Of a stretch of DNA of 64,000 nt, positions 1 to 8,967 are shown in pieces. The notes below the pieces were generated by a model. It searched no databases, was not told where the DNA came from, and worked only from the letters and a program-made list of their open reading frames with translations. The stretch is from a virus. Where the stretch lies: IMG/VR virus record IMGVR_UViG_3300045978_000140, positions 1 through 64,000 of that record; one strand, written 5' to 3'. The number at the start of each line of letters is the position of its first letter. Within the stretch, counting starts at the first letter, position 1. Made by a program: the position numbers and the translations under genes.

Positions 1-285
1 ACTACAATCCATAGCTACGCCAGATGCTATAGGTCCTCCATTGATGAACTTAAAATATGGATCCTGACACATAACTACAGCTTTAAGCTCCTCGAAAGGA
101 GTTTCCTTGAAAGCTCTATAAGTATTGATGCTCGCAGGAGCAATCTTCACTCCTTTTTTAGCCTCAGCTTTCAGATGTCTATATATAGGATCGAATCCTC
201 CCTTAGCCCAAAATGGGCGTATTCTTGGCCACCAAGTTCCAAACTTTAAGGCTAAATCTTTCTCAAGTATTTTTGGTTCGCTCAT
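1..285 (-). CDS. Partial uracil-DNA glycosylase-like protein (N-terminal part; continues past window start)
   Basis: Translation MSEPKILEKDLALKFGTWWPRIRPFWAKGGFDPIYRHL...TYRAFKETPFEELKAVVMCQDPYF. The W..., RAF/NAF, TPF and QDPY pattern resembles family-1 UDG motif GQDPYH. ATG at 283-285, ORF open to position 1. Confidence 0.45.
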   Translation of the reverse strand, partial: MSEPKILEKDLALKFGTWWPRIRPFWAKGGFDPIYRHLKAEAKKGVKIAPASINTYRAFKETPFEELKAVVMCQDPYFKFINGGPIASGVAMDCS

Positions 286-1102
286 ATTCTTTAAATTTTG
301 AGTATTTTCTAATAAGTTTTAAACAAGAGCCATCTTGGTAAATATAGTTGCAAAAATTAAGTACATCTTTGATTTTCATAATATATAAATACCAAGATTT
401 TCCTCTTTTGTCTTGTTTAGCTGTAGTTTTTATATTTAGTTCTTGTTCTAACCACAGACATAGTCCTTTGCAGAAGTTTTCACTTCCAACAATATTTATC
501 ATTATTCTATTCTGAGAATTGTAAATACAGCCATCTCCATCAAAGTAACCACGAATAAAGTCTGACATGTATTCTTTAGGAATATAAGCAGGAAAGTCAA
601 GAATTAAAGACTTGTTTTGAACAACTCCTAGCTTCTTTAAATCTTCTATAAGAATTTTAGAGTTTAATTCTATCTTAGCCTGGGCTTTACCTATATATTG
701 TGTACCTTTTATTACTTCTGACTTTCTCTGATACAGAGGTTTATTACTCTCTATAGATTTTTTAAACTCTTCTAAGATATATTCATCTTCTTTAGTCAGC
801 TTTATAGCTAAGCTATTCTTCTTAGGATACACACAACCATCTGCATATATTAGTCCTAAAAAATATGCTTTGTCAGATGAGTTTATCTCTCTAAAAAAGT
901 ATTCATTGAACTTATACTTTTGATTACTAAGCTGTACACCATTTTCTTTTAGATACTTACTTACAGTGGTACCAGACATTCCTAATTCTTCTGCAATTTC
1001 ACAAGTATTTTTTCTGCTAGTTACATATCTATCGATAATGTAGTCTATTTTGTTTTGTTCAGTTTTCATACACAAATATAAGTAATTTGGCTGATTTATC
1101 AA
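263..1102 (-). mobile_element. LAGLIDADG-family homing endonuclease (double-motif) with N-terminal HTH
   Basis: Two LAGLIDADG-like motifs: FLGLIYADGCV and IRGYFDGDGCIY. N-terminal HTH-like CEIAEELGMSGTTVSKYL. Sits between the UDG-like and primase-like genes and overlaps both ends by a few nt. Confidence 0.75.
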
Positions 1103-2103
1103 AGTAAACCTTTCTCCTTGAATATCTTTTCCAAAGTGCCCATTCCATAGACTTTAGCGAGCTGTGCCCAATCCTTTATATCCTCAGAAAGATATTGTCT
1201 TGGAACATTACAATAGTCAAATCCAAATATTTGGGTTATCTGTTGAGAATTCTCCACTCCTGTCACATCACTATCGAAAGATAGAATCTGACGCTTGGAG
1301 TTATCTCTTAGATATTGCACATTCTCTTCTGTGAAACATGCTATACCCTCGTTCTGGATTGCACAGGTGCTTTGTAAGAGCTTTTTAACTACCATATAAT
1401 CTTTCTTACTCTTGTTGATAAAAGCGAACTCAGAGCCCTTTATATTGCTTAACCCTTCCATGGTATGGATGGGTACATTATTGGGAATCCATTTCACTTT
1501 CTTATCAGCATATGGTCTGTAGATTTTCCAATGACCATCATAGTAATAACCAAATCTTAGTTCATCTTCTTTTAGATGAAATAGTTGTTTATTTAGATAA
1601 ACTTTAGATATACTGAAGACATTGTTATCACGAAGGTCCTGTATATCCTGATGGAATTCATTCCAATATTTCAATTCTAAATTTGTAAACTTTCTTGGTA
1701 TCACTTGGATGTTGGCATATCTCTTCCCAAGTTCCTCTGGCTGTTTATACGCAGCTTTTATCTGTTTGTAAACAGCTGTGCTTGTAGCCTCTCCTGAAAG
1801 ACCCAACCCAAAGTCTCTGTCTATCATCAGTAACACATTATTCATGTCTATACCATAGAGCATCTTTAGGAAAGTGAAGCAATCTCCTTTATAGGCTGTG
1901 TTTGCAAAATCTATAAAAGTAAGATTGCCTCCTCTGTTTCCTATCATAAAGGAAGGATGTACATCTTTCCTGAATGGTGAATGTGTAACATGATTGATTT
2001 TCCAGTCCTTATTAGGCATATAATACCTGAATATATCATACTGGGTGATTCTTTGGAAAATTGTGTCAGGAGTTAGTTCTAATCTCTTAGCTCCTCCTAT
2101 CAT
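1099..2103 (-). CDS. Primase-like protein (degenerate DnaG-type zinc-binding motif, TOPRIM-like DxD)
   Basis: HVTHSPFRKDVHPSFMIG resembles the DnaG CPFHxExTPSF zinc-ribbon but lacks the cysteines. FDSDVTG resembles the TOPRIM DxD. Lies next to the helicases. Confidence 0.4.
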   Translation of the reverse strand: MIGGAKRLELTPDTIFQRITQYDIFRYYMPNKDWKINHVTHSPFRKDVHPSFMIGNRGGNLTFIDFANTAYKGDCFTFLKMLYGIDMNNVLLMIDRDFGLGLSGEATSTAVYKQIKAAYKQPEELGKRYANIQVIPRKFTNLELKYWNEFHQDIQDLRDNNVFSISKVYLNKQLFHLKEDELRFGYYYDGHWKIYRPYADKKVKWIPNNVPIHTMEGLSNIKGSEFAFINKSKKDYMVVKKLLQSTCAIQNEGIACFTEENVQYLRDNSKRQILSFDSDVTGVENSQQITQIFGFDYCNVPRQYLSEDIKDWAQLAKVYGMGTLEKIFKEKGLL

Positions 2104-2135
2104 AGGGAAATAATTAAAGGGGACTTTCGTCCCCT
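2104..2135 (-). terminator. Rho-independent terminator
   Basis: Stem AGGGGAC/GTCCCCT with loop TTTC, then TTTAATTATTT on the minus strand. Downstream of 2141-3028. Confidence 0.5.
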
Positions 2136-2140
2136 TTCAA

Positions 2141-3028
2141 TTAATAATCTGCACCACCCTCAGTTAGAGGTGCAATGGGTGCATTTGTAGACACTGGATT
2201 TTCAGCTGGGTCATAATCTTTGATGTCTTTCAAACGATAGAAATCTTTACAACCATACTCTCCAGTTACTTTCAACACAAATCTTTCATAAGGTTTTAGG
2301 TCCTTAGATTGTTTTGTGCCCAAAGCTTTAACCACTTCTTCATTATCGAAATCGATAAGTCTGAAGTGTTTTAGACTGTAAACAGGCACGAATGCTCTGT
2401 TGTACACTCCTTGATATTCTTTTGGTTCTCCTTCTACCTCTTTTACAATTACAGTAGCCAAACAACCAACTTCTCCAGCCCACTCTCCATTCACTTGCTC
2501 TTGGATATCTTTAACGTTACCCTTCATTAGCTTTTTCCACTCTAAAGATAGAGCAGTTTCTGCATCACGATAGTCAAGCTTATTCAACCAGGCTCTCATG
2601 AATTCAAACAAATCTTCCTCTCCTGCATAAGCCTCACGATAGTCTCGTTTAGTGAACCACTCAGGTAATTCACTCTCGTCAGACGCCCAGGCACAGTTAC
2701 CAATGCTATTGATATACTGTGTTTTAGTTTCATCCTTGTTTGTTCTCACTTTATCTTCAAGGAAGAAAGACATTTTATATGGTCTGTCAGACTCCCCTTC
2801 AGTATTTTTCTTTGTATTCTGTAACCAGAAATCAATGCGCAGCAATGTGTTTCCTTCTCTTTCTCCTAAATACTCAGTGGCTTTACTGTCTTCTTTAAGC
2901 TCCATTCCAAGAATATCCTTATATTCTTTCTCTGTTGGGTTGACAGCAATAACTACTGCTGTAAATAAACCTATTCTTTTTGTAAATTCGCCAGTGGCTT
3001 CTCTTTTTTTACCTCCAATTGCGCTCAT
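2141..3028 (-). CDS. Hypothetical protein (possibly ssDNA-binding or annealing protein by position)
   Basis: 295-aa ORF in the replication module next to the RecA-like ATPase. No motif recognised. Confidence 0.5.
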   Translation of the reverse strand: MSAIGGKKREATGEFTKRIGLFTAVVIAVNPTEKEYKDILGMELKEDSKATEYLGEREGNTLLRIDFWLQNTKKNTEGESDRPYKMSFFLEDKVRTNKDETKTQYINSIGNCAWASDESELPEWFTKRDYREAYAGEEDLFEFMRAWLNKLDYRDAETALSLEWKKLMKGNVKDIQEQVNGEWAGEVGCLATVIVKEVEGEPKEYQGVYNRAFVPVYSLKHFRLIDFDNEEVVKALGTKQSKDLKPYERFVLKVTGEYGCKDFYRLKDIKDYDPAENPVSTNAPIAPLTEGGADY

Positions 3029-3039
3029 AATAATAAAAT

Positions 3040-3876
3040 TTAAGATTGTTTATAAATGTTTCCCCAGTGGGTTGTAGTTTCTCCTTCTGGGCTTTGTTCT
3101 GAAATTAAAATTTTACCTTTTAACTGTGGAGCTCTGCTCCCAGCAACAATACTGTCGTTCAATACCTCAAAGTTCAGATATCTCTTATTCTCATCAGCCA
3201 CAAGCTTAGCCAAGCTTGTTACACGTGAGGCAAAGATTCTTTTCAACTGACCTGTAAGCGCTATCTCTACTCCATTAACTGTCTCTTTACCATTGTCCTT
3301 GATATATTTATCAGTGATGTGGGCAGCATAGATACGATAAGGGCTTATTTGTCTGAAGAATTCTATTTGCTGCATAAACCAATTTCTTGTGTGCAAATAA
3401 CCTGCTCCCTCTGGGAGGGTTAATACACTTTTGAATTCTGGCTCATCTGGCTCATATTTTCTACCAGTTTCAACACCACCTACTCTATTGAATTTCTTAC
3501 CAATGATACTGTTCATGTAAGCTAAGGTTCCCCCTATCTCACTGAGTGCATCTAAGTCACTCAAACCATCAATGATAAGATATTCATACTTTCCTTTTTG
3601 TTCCAACAGGGCGTTTCTATACTTGATATAGTTTTGGAAACTCTCCCATATTGTAGTTTGGTCATTCGTGTAGGTAGAAATCTTTCTGGCAGCAATATAA
3701 TCATATCCTCCTTTTTCTAAATCGAACACAATAGCATTTGCTTCTCTGGTTAATGCTCCTAAAATTGTTCCTTTACCCATCTTTGGAATACTTACTATAA
3801 CGAGGTCCCTTGGATTGGTATTTGTTACCTGTGTAATCTCTTCTGGCAATTCCATTTCCTTAGTTTTTGTAGTCAT
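3040..3876 (-). CDS. RecA-fold / Sak4-like ATPase (putative recombination protein)
   Basis: P-loop-like VIVSIPKMGKGTILGAL and Walker-B-like YLIIDGLSDLD. 278 aa, typical size for phage AAA_24 / Sak4 proteins. The Walker A is non-canonical (GKGT). Confidence 0.4.
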   Translation of the reverse strand: MTTKTKEMELPEEITQVTNTNPRDLVIVSIPKMGKGTILGALTREANAIVFDLEKGGYDYIAARKISTYTNDQTTIWESFQNYIKYRNALLEQKGKYEYLIIDGLSDLDALSEIGGTLAYMNSIIGKKFNRVGGVETGRKYEPDEPEFKSVLTLPEGAGYLHTRNWFMQQIEFFRQISPYRIYAAHITDKYIKDNGKETVNGVEIALTGQLKRIFASRVTSLAKLVADENKRYLNFEVLNDSIVAGSRAPQLKGKILISEQSPEGETTTHWGNIYKQS

Positions 3877-3919
3877 CTCTAATTAATTTAGTTATTTTTG
3901 GACTATAAAAATACAAAAT

Positions 3920-5029
3920 TTATTTGGGTTGTGCAAGCTTTTGAGGACCATTTACCCAATGAATTTTGTCAACATTAATGTTGGAAAGTGCTGATTCTAA
4001 CCAGTTTAGCTGGAAAGTTTTGTCTGTGGTGAAGATATGGATATCAGAATGCGTAGTGTCCAGCAATAAGCTTCTACCTAACATTTGTTCCAGATTTTCT
4101 CCATTGGAATTAATTGAAGTGATTAGAATATTATCCAGGTTAGGATATGTTACTCCTGCAGATCCCTTCTTAATTAAACAAAGTTGATTAATTCTTCCCT
4201 CAATGAATGCTTGGAGGACAGAATTATCTTTACTCTTACTGTTGAACATAGGTAGGTGGAACAACTTACCAAAGGCCTCATTCTCTGTGAAGAGTATAAA
4301 GCGCTTGTCCTTGTTCTCCTTTATCCATTTGTTAACAGCAAACAAGAGGGACTCATTTGAGTTAATAAACCTCATCCTGGCAAGAGATGCTAACATCTTC
4401 TTATCTCCATGACTTGTTTCCACTTTCTTGGTTAGTCTGGCCAGTTCCTTAACATCTGTACTCCACCACTTTCTTGTATTACCAAACTGTCTTTGGATAG
4501 CAGGGTTCAACTCATAGTAATGTAGATAGATTGTATAGTCGCTAATAAGTCCATCAGCAATAGCCTGCTCTGTAGTATATTCCACTATTAGTGGAAGTCC
4601 TGTATGAATCTTAAGATCAGCCAGGGTGTTTCTATTATACGTACCAGAAGCAAAGACCACATGCTCATAGCGCTTAGCCATTTCACCAGCTATAGGTAGT
4701 TTGTGCTCCTCAGGAATAAGATGAGCTTCATCAAACACCACATAATCCCAAGGTCCTTCTTTGACCTTCTCAATGCTTATAAAGGTACAGTAGGTAATTT
4801 CCATGGGACACCCAATCTTAGCACACTCATCCACCCATGCATTCTTGATGTCAATGTTGGGATAGAGCACTAAAACTTTTGGGTTCTCGATTCTACCTGC
4901 GCTGTGAGCTTTTATGGCTGTGATAAGGATACGTGTTTTACCACTTCTCACACTTGACAATACTATACCTCTAAAATTATTGAGGACAATATTGTAAGTT
5001 ATCTTTCTTTGAACTTCATCTTTTGTCAT
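3920..5029 (-). CDS. SF2 DEAH-box DNA helicase
   Basis: Walker A RSGKTR, motif II VVFDEAH, motif VI MLGRSLLLD. Confidence 0.8.
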   Translation of the reverse strand: MTKDEVQRKITYNIVLNNFRGIVLSSVRSGKTRILITAIKAHSAGRIENPKVLVLYPNIDIKNAWVDECAKIGCPMEITYCTFISIEKVKEGPWDYVVFDEAHLIPEEHKLPIAGEMAKRYEHVVFASGTYNRNTLADLKIHTGLPLIVEYTTEQAIADGLISDYTIYLHYYELNPAIQRQFGNTRKWWSTDVKELARLTKKVETSHGDKKMLASLARMRFINSNESLLFAVNKWIKENKDKRFILFTENEAFGKLFHLPMFNSKSKDNSVLQAFIEGRINQLCLIKKGSAGVTYPNLDNILITSINSNGENLEQMLGRSLLLDTTHSDIHIFTTDKTFQLNWLESALSNINVDKIHWVNGPQKLAQPK

Positions 5030-6093
5030 CTTATAAAGAATGATTTATCAATCACAGAAGCATAATCTGCATCTGTAATATCTTTTTTCCTTGGGAGCTC
5101 TTTAAACATACCTATCTCCCCATAAAATGCTAACCCTATCCTGATATCATCACTGCCATAGCTATTCTTTATGATTCGTAAACTACGAAAATACTTAGCT
5201 CCTGCACTATCAACCAGCTTGGCAAGATCATACCCACTAGGATCAGCTACCTTATACCTCATTGGGTCAAACAAAGCCATTACAATATCAGCATCCTCTT
5301 GGGTACATGCACTGTCTTTGAAATCCTCCAATTGAGGCTCTACATCTCCATTCTTAATCCTAATAGGATTAGAAATGTCTCTATTAAATTGACTCACAAC
5401 CACAGGACTAAACCCATAAAAGTCTCTCGCATAGCGAAGCTCATCTGACATCTTGTCAATGAGCGCTTTTTTATTAGGATAATCCTTGATTGCTTTCAAC
5501 AAACCAATATGGTCAATAACAACCAGAGTGATGGTATTTTCATCGTGAGGCACATACCTCTTGTTATACTTATCAATCTGTTCTATCTCACCATTTTCAA
5601 GGGCGTACTCTTTTAGATCTTTGGCAATACCTACAGGGTTTTCTGGACCATCAATAATGGTAACAATTTTCTCCAGTTCTTCAATATACCCAGCATAGGA
5701 TTCAAATAATTCAAACTCTTCATCATCCATTTTATCATTCCAACCAAGAAGCTTTGCTACAGGTATGCTTCTTCCATGGTCCAAGAAAATCTTTCTGGAT
5801 ACCCATTTAGCAATCTTGTAAACTCTGCTTCTTTCCATTGAACGATAGATGATTTTGAGTTTGATATTTGTTTTACCCCTCTGTGCTATATACCAGTCTA
5901 CAGGATTGAGAATGAATGCATCATCTATAAAGGAAGTCTTTCCACTTCCAGTCAGTCCTCCTATAAGATAATACATTCTTCTCCTGATTCCCACATAATG
6001 ATTGAGTCTGTTAAAACCCATAGGTATACCACCATTTCTACCTTCAAGCCCCTTTTTTACTTCCTCTCGTAAATCCTCGAAGCTCATTTTCAA
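5026..6093 (-). CDS. DnaB-like (RecA-fold) replicative helicase
   Basis: Walker A LIGGLTGSGKTSF. Walker B VVIDHIGLL. DnaB / T7 gp4 helicase-domain-like length and layout. Confidence 0.7.
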   Translation of the reverse strand: MKMSFEDLREEVKKGLEGRNGGIPMGFNRLNHYVGIRRRMYYLIGGLTGSGKTSFIDDAFILNPVDWYIAQRGKTNIKLKIIYRSMERSRVYKIAKWVSRKIFLDHGRSIPVAKLLGWNDKMDDEEFELFESYAGYIEELEKIVTIIDGPENPVGIAKDLKEYALENGEIEQIDKYNKRYVPHDENTITLVVIDHIGLLKAIKDYPNKKALIDKMSDELRYARDFYGFSPVVVSQFNRDISNPIRIKNGDVEPQLEDFKDSACTQEDADIVMALFDPMRYKVADPSGYDLAKLVDSAGAKYFRSLRIIKNSYGSDDIRIGLAFYGEIGMFKELPRKKDITDADYASVIDKSFFIR

Positions 6094-6235
6094 ACATTTG
6101 TTGTCTTACTTTAAGAATTCTCTTAGCATGGCCATGCATCCTGTTGCCTAAGCACCAAGGACAGCCCCCATGACATCTGCAGGTCTTATCAAATCTCCTT
6201 GATTTTTGATAAGGTTTTTTAAATGTTCTGCTCAT
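6044..6235 (-). CDS. Small basic Cys/His-rich (zinc-ribbon-like) protein
   Basis: 63 aa with CRCHGGCPWC. Overlaps the 3' end of the helicase ORF in another frame. Weak. Confidence 0.3.
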   Translation of the reverse strand: MSRTFKKPYQKSRRFDKTCRCHGGCPWCLGNRMHGHAKRILKVRQQMFENELRGFTRGSKKGA

Positions 6236-6918
6236 ATTTCTAAAATATTACCATGACTTGTTACTACACCAAACTTCTTATCTGTCACCACGCTTCCATT
6301 ACTGAAGGTTGTGATATATGCTGCATACTTTACAACTCCAGCATTAATAAGATCCTCATTGTTATGAAGATGACCAAACAGGCACAACTTAGGTTTAATT
6401 CTCCCTAAGATATGTCTTCTCAAAGCTGTACATCCACAATGTTCCAGCTTAGTACCATATTGTCCATAAGATGCATCCAGGATGTTCTTAGGTGGACCAT
6501 GGGAGATGAAGATATCTACATCATCATCCACTAATTTCCAATGTGCATCAAGATTATTACGAGCCTTATTGAATGCCCATCCCTTACCAAAGGTAGGTTG
6601 ATTAGGACTACCAAATATCTTGATACCTTCTATAGTGATATAGTCATTCTCAAGATAGATAATACCTGCAGACTCAAAGTCTTCCTTCTTAATCAAGCCT
6701 CTCTCAATTGAGACATCATGATTACCAGCTACAAATATCTTATATGGTATCTCTAACATACCAAACCAGTTAATAAAGTCCCATACCTGTAGCTCATTTT
6801 CATAAGGGTTCTTAGGATTACTACAGTCTCCAGAAAAGATTGCAAGATCTATATCTGCAGGAACTGTTAGGAGCTCATGATATGTGTGTGTGTCGCTAAA
6901 ATGCCAAATTCTTTTCAT
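6232..6918 (-). CDS. Calcineurin-like metallophosphoesterase
   Basis: Motifs HFSDTH, FSGDCS, VAGNHDV and GHLH, matching the DxH / GDxxD / GNH[DE] / GH signature. Confidence 0.85.
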   Translation of the reverse strand: MKRIWHFSDTHTYHELLTVPADIDLAIFSGDCSNPKNPYENELQVWDFINWFGMLEIPYKIFVAGNHDVSIERGLIKKEDFESAGIIYLENDYITIEGIKIFGSPNQPTFGKGWAFNKARNNLDAHWKLVDDDVDIFISHGPPKNILDASYGQYGTKLEHCGCTALRRHILGRIKPKLCLFGHLHNNEDLINAGVVKYAAYITTFSNGSVVTDKKFGVVTSHGNILEI

Positions 6919-7319
6919 GTCTCTAATAATTTATTACATTTCTTTTTATACGTGCTTGATATGACATCTATCCCAGCTGTAGGAGTATTTCTGTTGATAC
7001 CATTTAGTTCTATGTAATCATCATCAAGATGGAATATAGGATTGTAATCCTTTCTTTCCTTAATAACTTTCCATTTGTCCTCCATGTTAGCAAATATAAT
7101 TCTTTCCTTAGGAATACCCACTCTTAGTGCAACTCTATACAAATCATCATTACACCCCTTTGATATTCTGGGGTTATTGTATCTACTACAATCCTCAAAT
7201 CTTGAGGTTAGTATCCATCCCTCATATCCTTTATCAATGAGAGACTTTGCATAATCCTGAACATCCTTACGAGATAGAGTACTGTCAAAATCAAAGCTTA
7301 CTTGATTCAGTGGCTTCAT
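6915..7319 (-). CDS. HAD-superfamily phosphatase-like small protein
   Basis: N-terminal FDFDSTL (HAD motif I DxDx[TS]) and C-terminal LDDD (motif IV-like). Confidence 0.5.
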   Translation of the reverse strand: MKPLNQVSFDFDSTLSRKDVQDYAKSLIDKGYEGWILTSRFEDCSRYNNPRISKGCNDDLYRVALRVGIPKERIIFANMEDKWKVIKERKDYNPIFHLDDDYIELNGINRNTPTAGIDVISSTYKKKCNKLLET

Positions 7320-7942
7320 ATATCTGTCCCTCCTCCTATTGTTGTTTGTTCTTCTGTTTTTGGTAGTCCTTGTTCAGCTAAAGCTATGAAGGGTACAAAG
7401 TATCCCCCATCTAAGAAAGTATAACTGTTCTGTAGATACGTGAGCTCATTAGATTTCTTCTTCAGAGAAGCTTCTTTCTTCAGAACTACCACATACTTTG
7501 TAGCCTCAGTAATCTGCTTGGCAGAATACTTACCCTCATTTAGTATAGCATTGAACTTTAGTTTACATTTTTCTTTTTGAACACGCATACCCCTACTACC
7601 AGTAAAGATACGCCCCTTATATTCAAATTGATCAGTACTGGGAAAGGCTTCCCACCAGTCATCAAACTCTTTAGTAGAGGGTTTCTTTCTTACTATAGGT
7701 GCAGCTATTTTAGTTGTCATAAATTCCAGTAACTCATCTCCAAGAATAGTTATCTTGTTCTCATCAGTAACCAGACCTTTTCTAATCAAGCTCTGAAGCA
7801 TAGCTTCCAGCTTCATGTTGTCCTGAACAAAGAGAGCCACATCATGGCCCTCTTTAATTAGCATTAAGAGAAAGATATGGTCAAGGCTGAAGCCTTTTTT
7901 TACCAGTTCCTCGAAGTGCTCCTTTGTTAGTTTGATTATCAT
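7316..7942 (-). CDS. Hypothetical protein
   Basis: 208-aa ORF with start/stop overlap to its neighbours. Confidence 0.5.
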   Translation of the reverse strand: MIIKLTKEHFEELVKKGFSLDHIFLLMLIKEGHDVALFVQDNMKLEAMLQSLIRKGLVTDENKITILGDELLEFMTTKIAAPIVRKKPSTKEFDDWWEAFPSTDQFEYKGRIFTGSRGMRVQKEKCKLKFNAILNEGKYSAKQITEATKYVVVLKKEASLKKKSNELTYLQNSYTFLDGGYFVPFIALAEQGLPKTEEQTTIGGGTDI

Positions 7943-8090
7943 TTTTCTTAGATTTAATTTTTACTAAAATCTTAGCTGGAAGTCTTTCATTATCCTCTAG
8001 ATACTGATCAGATTCCATGTTGTACTCATGTCTTCTACTTTCGAGTTCCCAGTCATACTGGTCCACGAAACTTGGATTGTCTTTAGGCAT
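7881..8090 (-). CDS. Hypothetical small protein
   Basis: 69-aa ORF. Overlaps the upstream gene by 62 nt. Confidence 0.3.
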   Translation of the reverse strand: MPKDNPSFVDQYDWELESRRHEYNMESDQYLEDNERLPAKILVKIKSKKNDNQTNKGALRGTGKKRLQP

Positions 8091-8376
8091 CTTTTACTTT
8101 TTTTAAAATGAATGTGTCTGTGTCTGTTTGTACCACATCATATAAACCCAACATCTCCTTGAGATCTTCTAACTCTACGTGGAAAGATATATAGCTGGTG
8201 TTTATCTCTTTAATTTTTTTGCTGTCTAATCCAGGTTTCTTTATTATGAGCTTCTTCCTGTCAAACACAACCTCCTTACCAAGGAGAGCTCTAAGCTTCT
8301 TTCTTATGAAGAATTGTATTATTGACTTGTGCTCGTTATAAAACGACATTCTTACCTGGTCTACTACTTGTTTCAT
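8083..8376 (-). CDS. Hypothetical protein
   Basis: 97-aa ORF in the operon. Confidence 0.45.
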   Translation of the reverse strand: MKQVVDQVRMSFYNEHKSIIQFFIRKKLRALLGKEVVFDRKKLIIKKPGLDSKKIKEINTSYISFHVELEDLKEMLGLYDVVQTDTDTFILKKVKDA

Positions 8377-8636
8377 CCTTTTACTCTTAATCCAAATGCT
8401 AAATTAAACCACTGGAATGTGTCTGTTGCTCTTCCAGTATTACACTTAAAAACTTTCTTAATCAGTCTAATGGCGTACTTCTTGAACTCCACGTACTGCT
8501 CAGGGGTCATTGTAATGTTGAAATACCATCTGTCATCATCCAGGGTATCCATCATTGTCTTACCAACCATCGCCAGCTCATACTCTATGAGATGTCTGGT
8601 GATGTTTTCTCTAGTTACTTTAGTTGGTCTTTCCAT
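8373..8636 (-). CDS. Hypothetical protein
   Basis: 87-aa ORF with ATGA-type overlap. Confidence 0.45.
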   Translation of the reverse strand: MERPTKVTRENITRHLIEYELAMVGKTMMDTLDDDRWYFNITMTPEQYVEFKKYAIRLIKKVFKCNTGRATDTFQWFNLAFGLRVKG

Positions 8637-8959
8637 AATAAATATAGTTTAACATACCATGGTCTACTGTAGTTAATCATCTTATGTAGAAATCTTTTCC
8701 TCACTTCCATTTCTCCTGGTGGAAACCAATAGTCTCCATCATCCCAGTCGTAACAATCTAGTGCTGCGAATTCTAGATGCAACCATTCTGTGGGTCTATT
8801 CTTAAGTAGATTCTCCCTAAGTTTAATCCACTCATCAAGAGTTATTAGTTTGTCACGTTCTAATGTATCAATTAGATGGCACATACCTCTGTAATCACCA
8901 TCCTTTGCCCACATGATTCTACCATAGGCAATTTTGTAAAGTGTAGTAAGACTTCTCAT
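8615..8959 (-). CDS. Hypothetical protein
   Basis: 114-aa ORF. Confidence 0.45.
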   Translation of the reverse strand: MRSLTTLYKIAYGRIMWAKDGDYRGMCHLIDTLERDKLITLDEWIKLRENLLKNRPTEWLHLEFAALDCYDWDDGDYWFPPGEMEVRKRFLHKMINYSRPWYVKLYLLWKDQLK

Positions 8960-8967
8960 GGCGTTGA

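Noticed and set aside
2652-3250. Plus-strand ORFs (141 aa and 64 aa) antisense to the minus-strand genes
   Set aside because: Antisense to well-supported genes and hydrophobic low-complexity sequence. Typical shadow ORFs.
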